Assembly (NCBI RefSeq): GCF_032062105.1
Contig: NW_026928671.1
Coordinates: 124,001-188,000 of the forward strand
Length of the DNA stretch: 64,000 bases
Source: Saccostrea cucullata
Taxonomy: Eukaryota
Reading direction: 5' to 3'
Shown here one piece after another: positions 63,437 to 64,000 of this stretch. The notes under the pieces are model-generated. The model did no database searches, was not told where the DNA came from, and saw nothing but the letters and a program-made list of their open reading frames with translations. Position 1 is the stretch's first letter. Each line of letters starts with the position of its first letter. The position numbers were made by a program, and so were the translations under genes.

Positions 63437-64000
63437 GGCTACGGTATAAACAACATTGTTAACACTATCTTCTTACACTTTATACTTTGAAATATATACA
63501 CACAATATTCCCTCAAATATTGATTGAACCAGATTTTTCAAGTCTCCATTTCTTTCATTTCAGTTCTCGTGAGAAATCAAAATATTCGATTCCATGTACA
63601 TTTAAATGAAGTCACAACACGACTTTGCCTATAACTATTCAGCAAGTCCAATCAAGTAGACTTTTTTTTCAAACAGGTTATTTAAGACTTGTATACTGGG
63701 GCATTAATTCAATATTCTTGTCGATCCGATAAGGTTTAATTGTGTCTCGTCAAACTACTTCCATTTAAACTTTGAGAGCATATAGAATGACTGGGAAATG
63801 TTAATCAATACATATCTTGAAAAACCTTGCTTGGATAATGGGCATTAATGATAATAACGGCTTATTTGCAACATCCATCTGGAAATATCAATTTTTACAA
63901 ATAGTAAAAATAGCGATCTGTCAACAATGTTAAAATGTTATTAATATTGACTATAGATCGATCTGACTCGGCATCTATCAAATGCATTAGGAAATGTGTG

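Overview
AT-rich, intron-rich eukaryotic genomic DNA, most likely a bivalve mollusc (oyster-like). That assignment is an inference from gene content, the frequent TACATGTA palindrome and the repeat families present. Seven spliced protein-coding genes can be rebuilt by hand with phase-consistent splice sites: GTPBP2 (-), selenoprotein N/SELENON (-), AP-5 mu subunit AP5M1 (+), a claudin/PMP22-like tetraspan protein (-), a G2E3/PHF7-like PHD-RING-PHD protein without HECT (-), the SOD1 copper chaperone CCS (+) and an LRRC74-like LRR protein (-). SELENON carries a complete selenocysteine recoding set: an in-frame UGA in SCUG, a 16-bp SRE hairpin 6 nt downstream and a type II SECIS candidate in the 3' UTR. 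It also has two tandem paralogous alternative last exons and a symmetric cassette exon. The most striking non-coding feature is a 5.6-kb fold-back Ginger-like element (TGT...ACA ends, CCGG target-site duplication) in AP5M1 intron 5. It has two inverted arrays of about 21 and 20 self-palindromic ~63-nt units and a Kolobok-like element nested in the middle. Other repeats include a decayed L1/Tx1 LINE, Helentron-type satellite remnants, several MITEs with readable TIRs and TSDs, tandem tRNA-derived repeats and a decayed Penelope-like RT. All family assignments come from my own motif recognition; no database search was run.
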